Source of the DNA: Mobula hypostoma
Taxonomy: Eukaryota
Direction of reading: 5' to 3'
Assembly: GCF_963921235.1 (NCBI RefSeq)
Contig: NC_086112.1
Location: forward strand, 53,816,001 to 53,880,000
DNA: 64,000 nucleotides
Every line of letters begins with the position of its first letter. Positions within the stretch are counted from its first letter, which is position 1. The notes below the pieces were generated by a model that saw nothing but the letters and a program-made list of their open reading frames with translations, searched no databases and was not told the DNA's origin. Below, in pieces: positions 60,593 to 64,000 of this stretch. The position numbers and the translations under genes were made by a program.

Positions 60593-63500
60593 TTAACAAT
60601 AGGTACTCCTGTTTGAGTACTGTTGGGGGGGACAGCTTACCCGGGGGAAGCGACAGTGGCCGTGCCTCCGGCACAGAGTCCGGCCCTGTAGCTCAGAAGG
60701 GTAGGGAAAGGAAGAGGAGGGCAGTTGTGATAGGGGACTCAATAGTAAGGGGGTCAGATAGGCGATTCTGTGGACGCAGTCCAGAGACCCGGATGGTAGT
60801 TTGCCTCCCTGGTGCCAGGGTCCGGGATATCTCTGATCGTGTCCAAGATATCCTGAAGTGGGAGGGTGAGGAGCCAGAGGTCGTGGTACATATAGGTACC
60901 AATGACATAGGTAGGAAAAGGGAAGAGGTCCTGAAAGGAGAATATAGAGATCTAGGAAGGGAGTTGAGAAAAAGAACCGCAAAGGTAGTAATCTCGGGAT
61001 TACTGCCTGTGCCACGTGACAGTGAGAGTAGGAATGCAATGAGGTGGAGGATAAATGCGTGGCTGAGGGATTGGAGCAGGAGGCAGGGATTCAAGTTTTT
61101 GGATCATTGGGACCTCTTTTGGCGCAGGCGTGACCTGTACAAAAAGGACGGGTTACACTTGAATCCTAGGGGGACCAATATCCTGGCAGGGAGATTAGCG
61201 AGGGCTACTGAGGTGACTTTAAACTAGAATGGTTGGGGGGTGGGAATCAAATTAAAGAGGCTAGGCGAGAGGAGGTTAGTTCACAACAGGGGGATGGGAA
61301 CCAGTGCAGAGAGACAGAGGGGTGTAAAGTGAGGGTAGAAGCAAAAAGTAGTAGGGAGAAAAGTAAAAGTGGCAGGCCAACAAATCCAGGGCAAGCATCA
61401 AAAAGGGCCACTTTTCAACATAATTGTATAAGGGCTCAGAGAGTTGTAAAAGAGCACCTGAAGGCTTTGTGTGTCAATGCCAGGAGCATTCGTAACAAGG
61501 TGGATGAATTGAAAGTGCAGATTGTTATTAATGATTATGATATAGTTGGGATCACAGACACATGGCTTCAGGGTGACCAAGGATGGGAGCTCAACGTTCA
61601 GGGATATTCAATATTGAGGAGGGATAGACATGAAAGAAAAGGAGGTGGGGTGGCGTTGCTGGTTAAAGAGGAGATTAATGCAATAGAAAGGAAGGACATA
61701 AGCCAGGAAGATGTGGGATCGATATGGGTAGAGCTGCATAACACTAAGGGGCAGAAAACGCTGGTGGGAGTTGTGTACAGGCCACCTAACAGTAGTAGTG
61801 AGGTCGGGGATGGTATTAAACAGGAAATTAGAAATGTGTGAAATAAAGGAACAGCAGTTATAATGGGTGACTTCAATCTACATGTAGATTGGGTGAACCA
61901 AATTGGTAAAGGTGCTGAGGAAGAGGATTTCTTGGAATGTATGCGGGATGGTTTTTTGAACCAACATGTCGAGGAACCAACTAGAGAGCAGGCTATTCTA
62001 GACTGGGTTTTGAGCAATGAGGAGGGGTTAATTAGCAATCCTGTTGTGAGAGGCCCCTTGGGTAAGAGTGACCATAATATGGTGGAATTCTTCATTAAGA
62101 TGGAGAATGACATAGTTAATTCAGAAACAAAGGTTCTGAACTTAAAGAGGGGTAACTTTGAAGGTATGAGACGTGAATTAGCTAGGATAGACTGGCAAAT
62201 GACACTTAAAGGATTGACGGTGGATATGCAATGGCAAGCATTTAAAGATTGCATGGATGAACTACAACAATTGTTCATCCCAGTTTGGCAAAAGAATAAA
62301 TCAAGGAAGGTAGTGCACCCGTGGCTGACAAGGGAAATTAGGGATAGTATCAATTCCAAAGAAGAAGCATACAAATTAGCCAGAGAAAGTGGCTCACCTG
62401 AGGACTGGGAGAAATTCAGAGTTCAGCAGAGGAGGACAAAGGGCTTAATTAGGAAGGGGAAAAAAAGATTATGAGAGAAAACTGGCAGGGAACATAAAAA
62501 CTGACTGTAAAAGCTTTTATAGATACGTAAAAAGGAAAAGACTGGTAAAGACAAATGTAGGTCCCCTACAGACAGAAACAGGTGAATTGATTATAGGGAC
62601 AAAGGACATGGCAGACCAATTGAATAATTACTTTGGTTCTGTCTTCACTAAGGAGGACATAAATAATCTTCCAGAAATAGTAGGGGACAGAGGGTCCAGT
62701 GAGATGGAAGAACTGAGCGAAATACATGTTAGTAGGGAAGTGGTGTTAGGTAAATTGAAGGGATTAAAGGCAGATAAATCCCCAGGCCCAGATGGTCTGC
62801 ATCCCGGAGTGCTTAAGGAAGTAGCCCAAGAAATAGTGGATGCATTAGTGATAATTTTTCAAAACTCGTTAGATTCTGGACTAGTTCCTGAGGATTGGAG
62901 GGTGGCTAATGTAACCCCACTTTTTAAAAAAGGAGGGAGAGAGAAACCAGGGAATTATAGACCGGTTAGCCTAACGTCGGTGGTGGGGAAACTGCTGGAG
63001 TTAGTTATCAAAGATGTGATAACAGCACATTTGGAAAGCGGTGAAATCATCGGACAAAGTCAGCATGAATTTGTGAAAGGAAAATCATGTCTGATAAATC
63101 TCATAGAACTTTTTGAGGATGTAACTAGTAGAGTGGATAGGGGAGAACCAGTCGATGTGGTATATTTGGATTTTCAAAAGGCTTTTGACAAGGTCCCACA
63201 CAGGAGATTACTGTGCAAACTTAAAGCACATGGTATTGGGGGTAAGGTATTGATGTGGATAGAGAATTGGTTAGCAGACAGGAAGCAAAGAGTGGGAATA
63301 AACGGGACCTTTTCAGAATGGCAGGCAGTGACTAGTGGGGTACCGCAAGGCTCAGTGCTGGGACCCCAGTTGTTTACAATATATATTAATGACTTGGATG
63401 AGGGAATTAAATGCAGCATCTCCAAGTTTGCGGATGACACGAAGCTGGGTGGCAGTGTTAGCTGTGAGGAGGATGCTAAGAGGATGCAGGGTGACTTGGA

Positions 63501-64000
63501 TAGGTTGGGTGAGTGGGCAAATTCATGGCAGATGCAATTTAATGTGGATAAATGTGAAGTTATCCACTTTGGTGGCAAAAATAGGAAAACAGATTATTAT
63601 CTGAATGGTGGCCGATTAGGAAAAGGGGAGGTGCAACGAGACCTGGGTGTCATTATACACCAGTCATTGAAAGTGGGCATGCAGGTACAGCAGGCGATGA
63701 AAAAGGTGAATGGGATGCTGGCATTTATAGCAAGAGGATTCGAGTACAGGAGCAGGGAGGTACTACTGCAGTTGTACAAGGCCTTGGTGAGACCACACCT
63801 GGAGTATTGTGTGCAGTTTTGGTCCCCTAATCTGAGGAAAGACATCCTTGCCATAGAGGGAGTACAAAGAAGGTTCACCAGATTGATTCCTGGGATGGCA
63901 GGACTTCCATATGAAGAAAGACTGGATGAATTAGGCTTGTACTCGTTGGAATTTAGAAGATTGAGGGGGGATCTGATTGAAACGTATAATATCCTAAAGG
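60593..64000 (+). mobile_element. Young CR1 (partial ORF1 esterase plus ORF2), running off the window end
   Basis: ORF1 60613-61227 has GDSIVR, GTND and DGLH motifs. ORF2 APE and RT carry one premature stop (61839-61841) and a frameshift near 62460. Confidence 0.94.

Overview
Eukaryotic genomic DNA, most likely from a cartilaginous fish (ray or shark; inferred from the NKCC1 N-terminus and the repeat families). The only host gene supported is the first coding exon of SLC12A2/NKCC1 (minus strand, 2737-2072), with its CpG-rich 5' region and the start of intron 1. The other ~60 kb upstream is a nested field of transposons: CR1, Rex1/Babar, Tx1/L1-like and Penelope-like retroelements, V-SINEs, a Deu-type SINE, solo LTRs, and Tc1, Tigger and hAT derivatives. 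There is one assembly gap (35694-35881). The most interesting signals are RNA-level. (1) A 562-bp non-coding, TSD-flanked retroelement (9364-9925, minus) begins exactly at the first G of a complete HDV-like self-cleaving ribozyme fold, which has an unusual hairpin inserted in loop L3. (2) Several minimal hammerhead ribozyme motifs sit in Penelope-type terminal repeats. (3) All three CR1 ORF1/ORF2 junctions have an in-frame U_UUA_AAC -1 slippery site directly before the ORF1 stop. (4) Two CR1 subfamilies share nearly the same ORF1 but carry divergent ORF2s. Repeat-family names come from motif recognition by eye, and boundaries without a stated TSD are approximate.
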